A stretch of 64,000 nucleotides of DNA from Oscillospiraceae bacterium (GCA_017521325.1 JAFXCV010000061.1:8332-72331), one strand, 5' to 3'; positions 45,889 to 55,769 are shown, numbered from the stretch's first letter. The notes: generated from the sequence alone by a model not told the origin. Translations and numbers: made by a program.

Positions 45889-46099
45889 ATTCTTTCATCC
45901 TTTCTTGTATTGCATGCGGCGTGGGATGCATTCTGCATGAATGCCGCTGATTTCTTTCGACATTATTTATTATACTCACAATTGTGATAATTTCATGATA
46001 ACATGTAGAAAAGATACAGGAACGCAGGAGGATGATTCTGTGATACGGTAAAATTTTAACAAAAAAGCTTTCTCTCCTTGCAGAGAGAAAGCTTCTATA

Positions 46100-47080
46100 C
46101 TATTTATAATGTATTTCATCCCGCAGGTAGGTTTCGACATGATATCTCGGTCTGCGTTTGGTTTCAAGATAGATTTTTCCGATGTACTCACCCACGATGC
46201 CGATGCTCAGCAGCTGCAGTCCGCCGATGCCCCACATGGACACGGCAAGGAAGGTCCAGCCGACAACAGTATAGCCCAGAAAATGGCGGATCAGCACATA
46301 GACGAGCATTGCAAGGCTCACCAGAAAAATGCTGACACCCAGAAATGTGATCATGCGGATGGGCTTGATTGAGAAGGATGTCACACCCTCAAAGGCAAAG
46401 GCAAGCATCTTGCGCAGGGGGTATTTCGACTCACCCTGCATGCGGGGCGCACGGGAGTAGTACACCTCTGCCGTACGCAGTCCCAGCATCGGCACGATGC
46501 CACGGAGAAAGACATTCACTTCCTCATAGCCCGAAAGCTCCTCCAGCGCACGGCTGCTCATCAGGCGGTAATCGGCATGGTCATAAACCAGCTCCACACC
46601 CATGGCACGCATCATTTTATAATAGGTCTGCGCCGTACCTCTTTTGAATGCAGTATCGCTCGTTCTGTCACGGCGTACGCCGTAGACGATCTCGCAGCCC
46701 TCACGGAATTTTTCCACCATCTCATCAATGGCGTTGATATCATCCTGCAGGTCGGCATCAAGGGAAATTGCCGCATCACAGCGGCTGCGCACTGTCATCA
46801 GACCTGCCAGCAGCGCACGCTGATGTCCGCAGTTCCTTGAAAGCCTGATGCCTTGAAAAACGGAATGTTCCTCATGCAGCGCCGCAATACTGCGCCACGT
46901 TTCATCCTTTGAGCCGTCATCGACAAACACGATACGGCTGTCGGGAGAAATTTTCTCCTCGTGCATCAGCTGCGACAGCTTTTCGTGCAGCTTCTCCGCC
47001 GTTACAGGAAGCGCAGCTTCTTCGTTATAGCACGGCACCACCAGATAGATCACGGGGGATGTCATTTTCATCTCCTGCAT
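46100..47080 (-). CDS. GT2 glycosyltransferase, GtrB-like (polyprenyl-phosphate glycosyltransferase) with two C-terminal TMs
   Basis: VVPCYNEE, VDDGSKDET and DADLQDD motifs; 326 aa. Confidence 0.88.
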   Translation of the reverse strand: MQEMKMTSPVIYLVVPCYNEEAALPVTAEKLHEKLSQLMHEEKISPDSRIVFVDDGSKDETWRSIAALHEEHSVFQGIRLSRNCGHQRALLAGLMTVRSRCDAAISLDADLQDDINAIDEMVEKFREGCEIVYGVRRDRTSDTAFKRGTAQTYYKMMRAMGVELVYDHADYRLMSSRALEELSGYEEVNVFLRGIVPMLGLRTAEVYYSRAPRMQGESKYPLRKMLAFAFEGVTSFSIKPIRMITFLGVSIFLVSLAMLVYVLIRHFLGYTVVGWTFLAVSMWGIGGLQLLSIGIVGEYIGKIYLETKRRPRYHVETYLRDEIHYK

Positions 47081-48147
47081 TAGTCCCAGCTCGGATTTCC
47101 GCCGGCACTCAGCTGCGCAGCATACGCAAGAATCTTTGCAGCATCCGCAGCATTCACGCCGTCCACGCCGTCAACATCGCCTGCCTGTAATGCAGCTTCG
47201 TTCAGGCCGCCCTCAAGACCTGCACCGATTTCACTGGCATAGACCAGAACAGCTGCGGCATCCTGTGCGTTGATTTCGCCGTCGCCTGTTACATCGCCGA
47301 GTTTTCTTACCACCATATCTGTCAGCACCTCCGCAATGACAGCATGTCCCTGTGCTGTGGGGTTGACATCCAGTTCATTCAGATGCACATAACGGTAAGC
47401 ATTGCCCAGAAATGGGGTCTGCACGTCCGCAATCTCATAGCCGTAGGTTTCGGAAAGTTCGCCCACCGCCGCATTGACAGAATCATTCAATGCAGTATTG
47501 ACAATGTGGCAGATGGAGGTATACGCCATTTTTCGTTTATCCGACAATTTTTCCAGATTCTCAATGGTATCTATGGGATTGTACACATTCTGGAAAATGA
47601 TCTGCGCATCGTTGTATGCCGAAAGGCGTTCGCCGATCTCCAGCATATTCGCCTTGGCAGTTTCACGGTTGGACTTGACCGCAGTTGTCAGATCTGCCGC
47701 ATAATACTGAAGATCCGTTTCTGTCAGACCATGCTCGCTCAGGGACGCAAAGAACACATCCTCAAACTTTTCAAAGCCCCATTTATCCATGTATCCCTGT
47801 GCCTTTTCCATGAAAGGATCCATGATATCATGGATGCCGACGCTCACGATAATGACATCCGCACTGTCCAGATAGGATTGCATCTGTCGGTCATTCATAT
47901 AATGCAGCATATTCTCCGTTGTCATGTGATCATAGGAGAAGTTCAGAACCTCGGTATCCGGCAGTTCACCGAGAAGCTCCACATAGGATTTCTCCCCTTC
48001 TTCAAGTCCCGAGCCGAAAGAAAGGCTGTCGCCAAGTACGACAATGTGTGTTTCGTCTTCTGCATGTACGTCAAAAGAACCTGCCGCACCCACGGACAGA
48101 ACGCCCGCAAGCATCGCAGCGGCAAGTTTCATCAGATTCTGTTTCAT
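47080..48147 (-). CDS. Secreted SGNH/GDSL hydrolase with C-terminal dockerin
   Basis: ATG 48147 (RBS GGAGGTG). Signal peptide. Block I VVLGDSLSFG. Dockerin GDVTGDGEINAQDAAAVLVYA...GDVDGVDGVNAADAAKILAYA. The stop overlaps the GT2 start by 1 nt. Confidence 0.85.
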   Translation of the reverse strand: MKQNLMKLAAAMLAGVLSVGAAGSFDVHAEDETHIVVLGDSLSFGSGLEEGEKSYVELLGELPDTEVLNFSYDHMTTENMLHYMNDRQMQSYLDSADVIIVSVGIHDIMDPFMEKAQGYMDKWGFEKFEDVFFASLSEHGLTETDLQYYAADLTTAVKSNRETAKANMLEIGERLSAYNDAQIIFQNVYNPIDTIENLEKLSDKRKMAYTSICHIVNTALNDSVNAAVGELSETYGYEIADVQTPFLGNAYRYVHLNELDVNPTAQGHAVIAEVLTDMVVRKLGDVTGDGEINAQDAAAVLVYASEIGAGLEGGLNEAALQAGDVDGVDGVNAADAAKILAYAAQLSAGGNPSWD

Positions 48148-48276
48148 ATATCCGCACCTCCATATTTTTTTGCCTGAACAGCTCTGCATATCTCTCAGCA
48201 CAGGCTGCTCCGTTCTTTCTATTGTATCTGCCCGCCGCCCTTTTGTCAAGAGAAAAGGGCATGGTAATTGCAGGAA

Positions 48277-49203
48277 TCAGAATTTCTTGTGCTTGAGCAT
48301 CAGGAATGCCACGACCGCCGTCGCTGCAATCGACAGCACCGTCGGGAACCATGTGTACGGCAGCGGAAGTCCTGCCGTATTCATGCCGTAGAAGCTGAAG
48401 ATCATCGTGGGGATCGCCATGATGATGGTCGCAACCGTCAGACGCCACATTACGATATTCAGGTTATTGGAGATGACGGAAGCGAATGCCTCCACCATAC
48501 TCGACAAAATGCCCGAATAGATATTGCTCATTTCGATCGCCTGCCGCACCTCGATGAGGACATCCTCCAGAAGCTCCTGATCTTCTTCATAAAGCTTGAT
48601 GGTTCTGCCTCGCAGCAGCTTTTCAATGGTCACCTCATTTGCCTTGAGGGAGGTCGAGAAGTATACGAGGGACTTCTCAAGCTCCAGCATCTGCACAAGC
48701 TCCTTGTTCTTCATTGCACCGCTCAGCCTCTGCTCCATGGTGTACGAGGTCTTGTCGATCTGCTTGAGGTACATCAGGTAGAACGCTGTAATACGCAGCA
48801 GAAGCTGCATGACAAAGCGTGTTTTCATACGGGTCTGCACGCCACGCACCGTGCCGTTTGCCAGATCGTGCAGCACACGGTTATCCTTGAGCGTGATGGT
48901 AAACACATATTCTTCGGTAATGATAATGCCCAAAGGCATGGTAAAAAAGAGGATAGTTTCCTCCGTCTGGATCTCGGACATTGCGGTATCGACAATGATA
49001 AGCGTCTGGTCATCCTCACGCTCAATACGGGAGGATTCCTCTTCGTCAAGGGACGAACGCACAAAGCCGCTGTCAAGACCATAGGTTTCGATCAGCTGCT
49101 GGATCTCCTGCGCCGTCGGATCTACAACAGAGATCCAACAGCCGGGGGACGGTACAGCAACTTCACGCACGCAGTTCTCCTGCGTCTGGAAAAACTGAAT
49201 CAT
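48277..49203 (-). CDS. corA: CorA-family Mg2+/Co2+ transporter
   Basis: YGMN signature (FSFYGMNTAGLPL) and two C-terminal TMs. A start at 49203 (MIQFFQTQEN) is preferred; the in-frame ATG at 49269 is an alternative. Confidence 0.85.
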   Translation of the reverse strand: MIQFFQTQENCVREVAVPSPGCWISVVDPTAQEIQQLIETYGLDSGFVRSSLDEEESSRIEREDDQTLIIVDTAMSEIQTEETILFFTMPLGIIITEEYVFTITLKDNRVLHDLANGTVRGVQTRMKTRFVMQLLLRITAFYLMYLKQIDKTSYTMEQRLSGAMKNKELVQMLELEKSLVYFSTSLKANEVTIEKLLRGRTIKLYEEDQELLEDVLIEVRQAIEMSNIYSGILSSMVEAFASVISNNLNIVMWRLTVATIIMAIPTMIFSFYGMNTAGLPLPYTWFPTVLSIAATAVVAFLMLKHKKF

Positions 49204-49520
49204 GATTCTCGCCGCCTTTCTATGCTGACGGCACACGGACGCCGTCAGTTTTGGAATTCGCTCGCCCATACGGGTCCGTACTCATGATGCCACCTCCGGT
49301 AATTCAGAATTGCAGTGCATCCGTTTTCGGAAACACTTATTTATATTATAGCAGATAATACGACGTTTGGCAAGCTTTTTGAAAAAACTTTTTAAATCCA
49401 CTTTCCACCGTCCCCCTCTACAAAATTCAAAAGCGAATTTTGTAGAATCCGTCAATAGACAATAAATGCAGAAAGAGTATATAATAAAGATACATTTTGA
49501 TTTTTAGGAGGAAAACAGAA

Positions 49521-50279
49521 ATGAAACACAAAATGATTTCAGCAATGATCGCAGCAGCAATGGCACTTTCCGCAGCAGCTGTACCTGCCGCTGCAGAGGG
49601 TGAAGAGTATATCGAATGGATCATCGGTGAAGCAGAAGCACAGCCGGGTGAGGATGTCGCAATCTCCGTAACAGTAAAGAATGATGTGGGAGGCATCAAC
49701 AGCTTTATTCTGGATATGGGGTTTGAAGATGCCGAGTGTGGAATCACCGCAGTTTCCGCAGAAAACGGCACAGCATACGAAGCTCTTTCAATGACTTCCA
49801 ATCTGGAATCCCTGATTTTTGCGGGCACCAACTATTCCGTTGCAGACAATATCAAAGCATCGGCAGATGGTGCAGCAGTATTTAATGTAATCTTCCATAT
49901 TCCCGAAGATACAAAACCGGGCAATTACAACTTGATTTTTGAAGGACTTGATATTTATGATATGGATATGAAGTCTGTAGTATATACACATACCACCGGC
50001 GGCATCACTGTGCTTGGTTCAACTTCCAAAGGCAATCTCGGTGACGTGGATGAGGACGGCGACGTGGACGCAGCGGATGCTGCGAATATTCTCGTTGCAG
50101 CGGCAGCAGTCGGCGCAGGCGGCGAGAGTGGTCTGACCGAGCAGCAGCAGAAGAATGCCGATGTCAACGGCAACGGCGGCTTTGATTCCACGGACGCAGC
50201 CTATGTTCTGCAGTACGCAGCAGCGGCAGGTGCGGGCTACTCCGGCACAATCAATGATTTTATGGCTTCTCTTGAATAA
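49521..50279 (+). CDS. Small adaptor scaffoldin: signal peptide, one cohesin, one dockerin (ScaC-like)
   Basis: ATG 49521 (RBS AGGAGG). Cohesin-like module (GEDVAISVTVKNDVGGINSFILDMGF...). Dockerin GDVDEDGDVDAADAANILV...ADVNGNGGFDSTDAAYVLQYA. Confidence 0.78.
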   Translation: MKHKMISAMIAAAMALSAAAVPAAAEGEEYIEWIIGEAEAQPGEDVAISVTVKNDVGGINSFILDMGFEDAECGITAVSAENGTAYEALSMTSNLESLIFAGTNYSVADNIKASADGAAVFNVIFHIPEDTKPGNYNLIFEGLDIYDMDMKSVVYTHTTGGITVLGSTSKGNLGDVDEDGDVDAADAANILVAAAAVGAGGESGLTEQQQKNADVNGNGGFDSTDAAYVLQYAAAAGAGYSGTINDFMASLE

Positions 50280-50283
50280 CTGC

Positions 50284-50317
50284 AAAGCACCTTCCTGTAT
50301 AGGAAGGTGCTTTTTTT
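50284..50317 (+). terminator. Intrinsic terminator
   Basis: AAAGCACCTTCC-tgtat-AGGAAGGTGCTTTTTTT. Confidence 0.85.
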
Positions 50318-50552
50318 CTTCCGGAAGCAATTATACCCTTCGTTATTTTTCAACAAAATACACAAAACTTCACGGAATTTAAAACGGTTTAAAGAGCAAA
50401 TTAAACAATTTTCGCCCTGTTTTTTTGTGCAGTTGCCAAAAAATAGAGATTCATCCTATAAAAGTCTTGTGTTTTTTCATATTTCTGGTATAATTAAATT
50501 ATGAGTTTTATGCCCGGTCGAGGGGGACACGGGCTTTGAAAGGAAGGATATT

Positions 50553-52526
50553 ATGAAAATCAGACACAGAATTACCGCACTGCTTTCCTGCGCAGCAGTG
50601 CTGTTTGTCAGCAGTGCAGGGCTGCCAGGAAATGCGGCATTGTTCACATCCGAACCTGTCGGCACAGCACAGCTTGCCGGTGCAACATACGGCAGTATGA
50701 CATACACATCGCAGGGCGGCTATATTGAGATTACAGACTGCAACACTTCCGTAACTTCGATTGAAATTCCGTCACAGATCGGCGGCGTGCCCGTTAAATC
50801 CATCGGTGAAGGCGCTTTCCGCTACTGCGAAAAGCTGATGAGCGTGATGATCCCAGATACCGTCACATCCATTGGAAAGCAGGCATTCTACAGCTGCACT
50901 AATCTTAAAACAGTTACCATTCCCGACAGTGTGACCTCTATTGGCGATGAAGCCTTTAGCAGCTGCAATGCTATGACATCCGTCAGGATGCCTGTAAGAG
51001 TCGCAAGCTTCGGCGACGCCGTATTCCAGTACTGCACTTCATTGACCGATGTAAAGCTTCCGCTGGGGCTGAGCCAGGTCAACACCTGCACGTTCTACCA
51101 TTGTACATCACTACAGACGGTTGCCATCCCTGCAACGGTAAAATCCATCGGAAACTGGGCTTTCAACAACTGCAAGAGTCTGAGAACCGTTGAATTTGGC
51201 GGCACGCAGGCAGCGTGGAATTCCATCTCTTTCGGCACGCTCAACAGTTCGGTGACTTCGGCAAATATCCAGTTTGAATCCGGCTATTCCGGAAATGATA
51301 CTCCCCAGCAGACAACACCGACGACAACTACAACCACGACCACAACCACGACCACGACCACGACCACAACACAGCCGACTACAGAAACCACAACCACGAC
51401 CATGTGGGTTCCGCCGTTTACAACAACGACGCAGGAGCTCAATTCCCTGTATGTCAACATCAATCCCAATCCGCTGAAAGTCGGCGAAGACGCCATTGTG
51501 TATATCCGCACTTATTACGGTCAGGTGGACAGCTACAGAATTGAAAACGAGAACATTGCTCGTATTACACAGCACGATAACGATTCTGTCACGCTTGATC
51601 TTGTGATCCAAGGTATTTCCGAAGGAACCACAAATCTCATCGTGGTACGCAGCGACGGGGAACACCGTTATCCCATCACTGTACTCCCCGGCGAAACAAC
51701 CACAACTACAACCACAACATGGACGCAGCCGACGACGACGACAACAACGACCTCCTGGACATACCCGACAACCTCGACCACAACAACCATTTGGACATAT
51801 CCGACAACTACAACAACGACCACTTGGATGATTCCGACAACCACGACAACGGCAACAACACCCTACGTCCCCAACCACTCGACCTTCAACCCCGAAGCCC
51901 TGTTTGTATACATCAACCCAAATACGTTAAAGCAGGGTGAATACGGATATGTTCAGATTACAGATAATGCCGCAAAACTGCTTGCATGCAGAATTGAGAA
52001 CGAAAACATCGCAAAGATCACAAACACTTACAATCTGAATTCTTACACTGCAAATCTGCAGATTCAGGGCATTTCCGAAGGTGTAACAAAGCTCATTGTT
52101 GTCAGAAACAACAATGAGGAGTTCAGCTATGATATCACTGTATTAAGCAATTCCTCCACAACCGCAGCTTTCACAACAACCTCAACGACAACAACTACCA
52201 CAGTCTGGACTGCCACCACGGTTTCCACGCCTACCGAGCCTTCCGAAACACATACAACGCCCGTTACCCCTGCTGTGGATTATCTGGGCGACATCGACAG
52301 AAATACAGAAGTGAATGCGCTTGACGCCGCTATGATCCTGCAGGCATCCGCAGCAAAGGGTGCAGGCAATGCGTCGGGACTGACTGCCGAGCAGGAGCGT
52401 GATGCCGATGTCAACGGAAGCGGCGATTTCGACTCACAGGACGCATCGGTGATCCTCTATTACGGCGCATCCGCCGCAGTCAGCTACAAGGGTTCTCTCA
52501 GAGAATTTGTACAGCAGTATTTTTAA
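50553..52526 (+). CDS. Secreted LRR (BspA-type) protein with Thr-rich linkers, two Ig-like (Big_2-like) modules and a C-terminal dockerin
   Basis: Signal peptide. LRR_5 units (FRYCEKLMSVMIPDTVTSIG...). Two homologous modules of about 85 aa (RIENENIA[RK]IT...IQGISEG[TV]T[NK]LIVVR). Dockerin GDIDRNTEVNALDAAMILQ...ADVNGSGDFDSQDASVILYY. Confidence 0.85.
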   Translation: MKIRHRITALLSCAAVLFVSSAGLPGNAALFTSEPVGTAQLAGATYGSMTYTSQGGYIEITDCNTSVTSIEIPSQIGGVPVKSIGEGAFRYCEKLMSVMIPDTVTSIGKQAFYSCTNLKTVTIPDSVTSIGDEAFSSCNAMTSVRMPVRVASFGDAVFQYCTSLTDVKLPLGLSQVNTCTFYHCTSLQTVAIPATVKSIGNWAFNNCKSLRTVEFGGTQAAWNSISFGTLNSSVTSANIQFESGYSGNDTPQQTTPTTTTTTTTTTTTTTTTTQPTTETTTTTMWVPPFTTTTQELNSLYVNINPNPLKVGEDAIVYIRTYYGQVDSYRIENENIARITQHDNDSVTLDLVIQGISEGTTNLIVVRSDGEHRYPITVLPGETTTTTTTTWTQPTTTTTTTSWTYPTTSTTTTIWTYPTTTTTTTWMIPTTTTTATTPYVPNHSTFNPEALFVYINPNTLKQGEYGYVQITDNAAKLLACRIENENIAKITNTYNLNSYTANLQIQGISEGVTKLIVVRNNNEEFSYDITVLSNSSTTAAFTTTSTTTTTTVWTATTVSTPTEPSETHTTPVTPAVDYLGDIDRNTEVNALDAAMILQASAAKGAGNASGLTAEQERDADVNGSGDFDSQDASVILYYGASAAVSYKGSLREFVQQYF

Positions 52527-52537
52527 AAATTGAAACG

Positions 52538-52566
52538 ACAGCCCCCGAATAGGGGGCTGTTTTTTG
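52538..52566 (+). terminator. Intrinsic terminator
   Basis: ACAGCCCCC-gaat-AGGGGGCTGT plus TTTTTG. Confidence 0.85.
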
Positions 52567-52630
52567 TCACCTCTCCCCTCGCTCCATCATACTCTGTAAA
52601 AGAGCAGAATGCTCAAAAAGGAGCGATGAT

Positions 52631-53509
52631 ATGAAACAGAATACAAAGACGATTCTCGTAGCAGGCGGTGACCTGCGTTATGTATATACCGCCGGCATGC
52701 TCGCAGAGCATTTTTCCGTTTATGCTGTCGGCTTCTCACGGGCGGTCATGCCGTTTGAAAACGTCACCCTGCTCGAATCCGCAGGCGACGAGCTTCCGCA
52801 ATGCGATATCCTCGTGCTGCCCATGCCCGTTTCGGATGACGGCGTATTTGTCAACGCCCCCTTCGGGCGGCAGAATCTTTCACTGCGTGGACTGCTTGGC
52901 GCAATCAAGCCCGGCGGCATTGCCCTCGGCGGAAAATTCGGCAAGACGGAAAAGCTCTTCCACGAATCGGGTATCCCTACGGTGGACTACTTAGAGCGTG
53001 AGGAACTTGCACTGCTCAACGCCGTTCCGACTGCCGAGGGCGCACTGCAGATCCTTCTGGAGGAACTGGCATACACGATCTGCGGCACACGCATTCTGCT
53101 GCTGGGATTCGGCAGAATCGGCAAACGCTTTGCCTCCATCCTCCATGCGCTCGGTGCAAAGGTCACTGTCGCATCACAGGATGTCGCAGAGCTTGCCTGT
53201 GCGGAAATGTGTGGCTGCAGGGCGGTTCCGCTTCGGGAACTTTCAGAACATGCCGGAGAATTTCCCGTCATCTGCAATACCATTCCTGCGCAGATCCTGA
53301 CAGCGTCCGTACTGGAACGCATCCGATCGGATGCACTCATCCTCGACCTTGCCTCAAAACCCGGCGGCGTGGATCTTGCCGCCGCCCAGAGCTGCAGCTG
53401 CCGTGTGGTCTGGGCATTGTCACTTCCCGGAAAAACCGCACCGATCACCGCAGGGGAGATCATCGCCCGTACCATATTCCACATCCTCGAAGAAAGGGGA
53501 GTTTCCTGA
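52631..53509 (+). CDS. dpaA: Dipicolinate synthase subunit A
   Basis: 2-hydroxyacid-dehydrogenase-like Rossmann motif (ILLLGFGRIGKRF). Paired with dpaB through a TGATG overlap. Confidence 0.8.
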   Translation: MKQNTKTILVAGGDLRYVYTAGMLAEHFSVYAVGFSRAVMPFENVTLLESAGDELPQCDILVLPMPVSDDGVFVNAPFGRQNLSLRGLLGAIKPGGIALGGKFGKTEKLFHESGIPTVDYLEREELALLNAVPTAEGALQILLEELAYTICGTRILLLGFGRIGKRFASILHALGAKVTVASQDVAELACAEMCGCRAVPLRELSEHAGEFPVICNTIPAQILTASVLERIRSDALILDLASKPGGVDLAAAQSCSCRVVWALSLPGKTAPITAGEIIARTIFHILEERGVS

Positions 53510-54105
53510 TGATTGATTTACAAGGCGTCAGGGTGGGCTTTGCCATGACCGGTTCCTTCTGCACCTTTCGGAATGCACTCGAACAGGCACAGCTGCTTGT
53601 TTCCTGCGGTGCGGTGCTTGTCCCCGTCATGTCCTACCATGCCGCACAGATTTCCACTCGCTTCGGTGAAGCGAAATACCACCGTGAGCAGCTGGAAGAA
53701 ATTGCGGGCAGAAAGGTCATCTGCACCATTGAGGACGCAGAACCGATTGGCCCGATGCAGCTGACAGATGTCATGGCAGTCGTTCCCTGCACCTCCAATA
53801 CCGCTTCCAAGCTTGCGCTGAGCATCACCGACACGCCCGTGACCATGGCGGTCAAATCCCATTTGCGCAGCGGGAAACCCGTTGTTCTGGCACTTGCCTC
53901 GAACGATGCACTTGCGGGCAGTGCAAAGCACCTCGGAATGCTTGCAAACCTCAAGCATTATTACTTTGTTCCGCTGCGGCAGGATGATGCCAAAAGCAAA
54001 CCCACCTCCCTTGTAGCGGACTTTGACCGCACGGCGGATACCATTGCTGCCGCACTCGAATGCCGTCAGCTCCAGCCTGCCCTTGATAAGGCAGTGCTGC
54101 CATAA
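53509..54105 (+). CDS. dpaB: Dipicolinate synthase subunit B (flavoprotein)
   Basis: VGFAMTGSFCTF...VPCTSNTASKLA is typical of SpoVFB; 198 aa. Confidence 0.85.
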   Translation: MIDLQGVRVGFAMTGSFCTFRNALEQAQLLVSCGAVLVPVMSYHAAQISTRFGEAKYHREQLEEIAGRKVICTIEDAEPIGPMQLTDVMAVVPCTSNTASKLALSITDTPVTMAVKSHLRSGKPVVLALASNDALAGSAKHLGMLANLKHYYFVPLRQDDAKSKPTSLVADFDRTADTIAAALECRQLQPALDKAVLP

Positions 54106-54112
54106 AACGAAA

Positions 54113-54150
54113 AACAGCCGCTTCTTCGCAGAGAAGCGGCTGTTCTGCTT
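54113..54150. terminator. Bidirectional intrinsic terminator
   Basis: AACAGCCGCTTCT-tcgca-GAGAAGCGGCTGTT between convergent genes. Confidence 0.8.
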
Positions 54151-54378
54151 TCAGCCTTCATCAAAGTTTTCTATATCAAAATCGGGCGGTGCGTCAATTT
54201 CTTCGGAAACATATTTTCCACTTTTCTTCCACTGCTTGACGCATTCTGTCAGCAAATACTCGATCTGTCCGTTCACGGAACGGAAATCACTTTCCGCCCA
54301 GCGTGCCAGATCATTGTAGAGCCTGCCCGAAAGCCGCAGCGGAACCTGCTTTTTGGTGTTCTTTTCCTGCAATACCAA
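54151..54378 (-). CDS. Arc/HicB-like ribbon-helix-helix DNA-binding protein
   Basis: VPLRLSGRLYNDLARWAESDFRSVNGQIEYLLTECV fits the RHH (Arc/MetJ) pattern; 75 aa. Confidence 0.6.
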   Translation of the reverse strand: MVLQEKNTKKQVPLRLSGRLYNDLARWAESDFRSVNGQIEYLLTECVKQWKKSGKYVSEEIDAPPDFDIENFDEG

Positions 54379-54414
54379 ACGCCCTCCTTTCTTCGCTGTT
54401 ACGCCGTTTCAGCA

Positions 54415-55449
54415 TCAATACAGGCTGCCGGAATTGACAACGGGCTGTGCATCACGGTTTCCGCAGAGTACGACCAGAAGATTGGAAACCATTGCTGCCT
54501 TGCGCTCCTCGTCAAGCTCCACGACCTGACGTTCATTCAGGCGGTCAAGTGCCATTTCTACCATGCCGACTGCACCATCTACGATCATCTTACGTGCGTC
54601 TACAATGGCAGATGCCTGCTGACGCTGCAGCATCACAGCAGCGATCTCCGGTGCATAGGCAAGATAAGTAATGCGTGCTTCCAGTACCTCAATGCCTGCA
54701 TCGCTCACCTTCTGCTGGATCTCATCACGGATGCGTGCTGCCACGATCTCGCTTGAACCACGCAGACTGCCGTCATCGGCAACGCCATCACCCGTTGTAT
54801 CCACGTTCGGTGCCACATCATAGGGATACAGGCGTACCACGTTGCGCAGCGCACTGTCGCACTGCAGGGAGAGATATTCCTTGTAGTTATCCACGTTGAA
54901 GGCAGCCTTTGCAGTATCTGTTACACGCCACATGACCGCAATGCCGATCTCCACGGGGTTGCCCAGACAATCGTTGATCTTCTGGCGGTTGTTGTTCAGC
55001 GTCATGATCTTCAGAGAGATGCGCTTATCTACGGCAGTCGCAACCTCTGCTTTTCCTGCACCTTCCATGGCAATGGCAAAGCCGGAGCCGCCTCCTGCAA
55101 CATCACCGCTCTGACGGAGCTTTGTGGCAGCGGCAGGGTTGACCGCACTGCAGAAAGGATTGACATAATAGTATCCCTCCTCCTTGAGTGTACCGATGTA
55201 TTTTCCGAACAGCGTCAGAACCAGCGCTTCCTGGGGTCTCAGAATCTTTAAGCCGCACAGCGGGATCCATCCCACGCACAGCCAGATGCCGCCTGCAATG
55301 AGCAGAATCATGTTCCACACAGCCGCACCCGTTTCCTCTACGGAAATTCCGGCATAAATGGTCAGCGCCGCTGCCGCAAGGTAGAGCAGAATGATCAGAC
55401 ACAGAGCAGCAAGCCCGTTCTTTTTGTTTTTTAATACGATTTCTTTCAT
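54415..55449 (-). CDS. SPFH/band-7 domain membrane protein
   Basis: ATG 55449 (RBS GAAAGGA). Two N-terminal TMs. SPFH core with an Ala-rich coiled coil (ITYLAYAPEIAAVMLQRQQASAIVDARK). Confidence 0.85.
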   Translation of the reverse strand: MKEIVLKNKKNGLAALCLIILLYLAAAALTIYAGISVEETGAAVWNMILLIAGGIWLCVGWIPLCGLKILRPQEALVLTLFGKYIGTLKEEGYYYVNPFCSAVNPAAATKLRQSGDVAGGGSGFAIAMEGAGKAEVATAVDKRISLKIMTLNNNRQKINDCLGNPVEIGIAVMWRVTDTAKAAFNVDNYKEYLSLQCDSALRNVVRLYPYDVAPNVDTTGDGVADDGSLRGSSEIVAARIRDEIQQKVSDAGIEVLEARITYLAYAPEIAAVMLQRQQASAIVDARKMIVDGAVGMVEMALDRLNERQVVELDEERKAAMVSNLLVVLCGNRDAQPVVNSGSLY

Positions 55450-55769
55450 GATAAATTCCTTTCCGTCCGGTGGACTGTTGTGATTTTCAGATTCGCAATC
55501 CATCTGATATCAATATGATATCACAACAATGTACTTTTGTCAAGAGCCGGGAAGAAAAAACTTTTCAAGTCCTTTGCATTTGTTTGTTTCGTATATCAAA
55601 CGCATAATTTCACCTCTCTTCACTGTGCATTTCTCCGAATATTACAAATTTCACTTTTCTCCCCTTGCTTTTTCATTTCAAACGTGGTACAATAAATACA
55701 ACAAAACGCTTTAATGCTTAAAAGCTTAAAAGCTTTAAATCGCAAAAACAAAGAAAGAAGGAATTTTCC

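Noticed and set aside
42518-45987. Plus-strand ORFs 42518-44050 (510 aa) and 44158-45987 (609 aa)
   Set aside because: Antisense to the XDoc protein and HtrA. Both are Cys/Leu/Ile-rich with no signal or motif.
48268-49287. 339-aa plus-strand ORF opposite corA, and 61490-62566 (plus strand) opposite the hydrolase
   Set aside because: The GMN motif (corA) and the GxSxG motif (hydrolase) identify the minus-strand frames as real.
49204-49350. M-box (Mg2+) riboswitch upstream of corA
   Set aside because: The leader is about 135 nt, and I could not find the conserved M-box core sequences. Only a uORF and a hairpin are seen.
52567-52630. Sigma-K-type promoter upstream of dpaA (AC ... CATACTCTG)
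   Set aside because: It only partially matches the CATA---TA -10 consensus, and I cannot support it from sequence alone.
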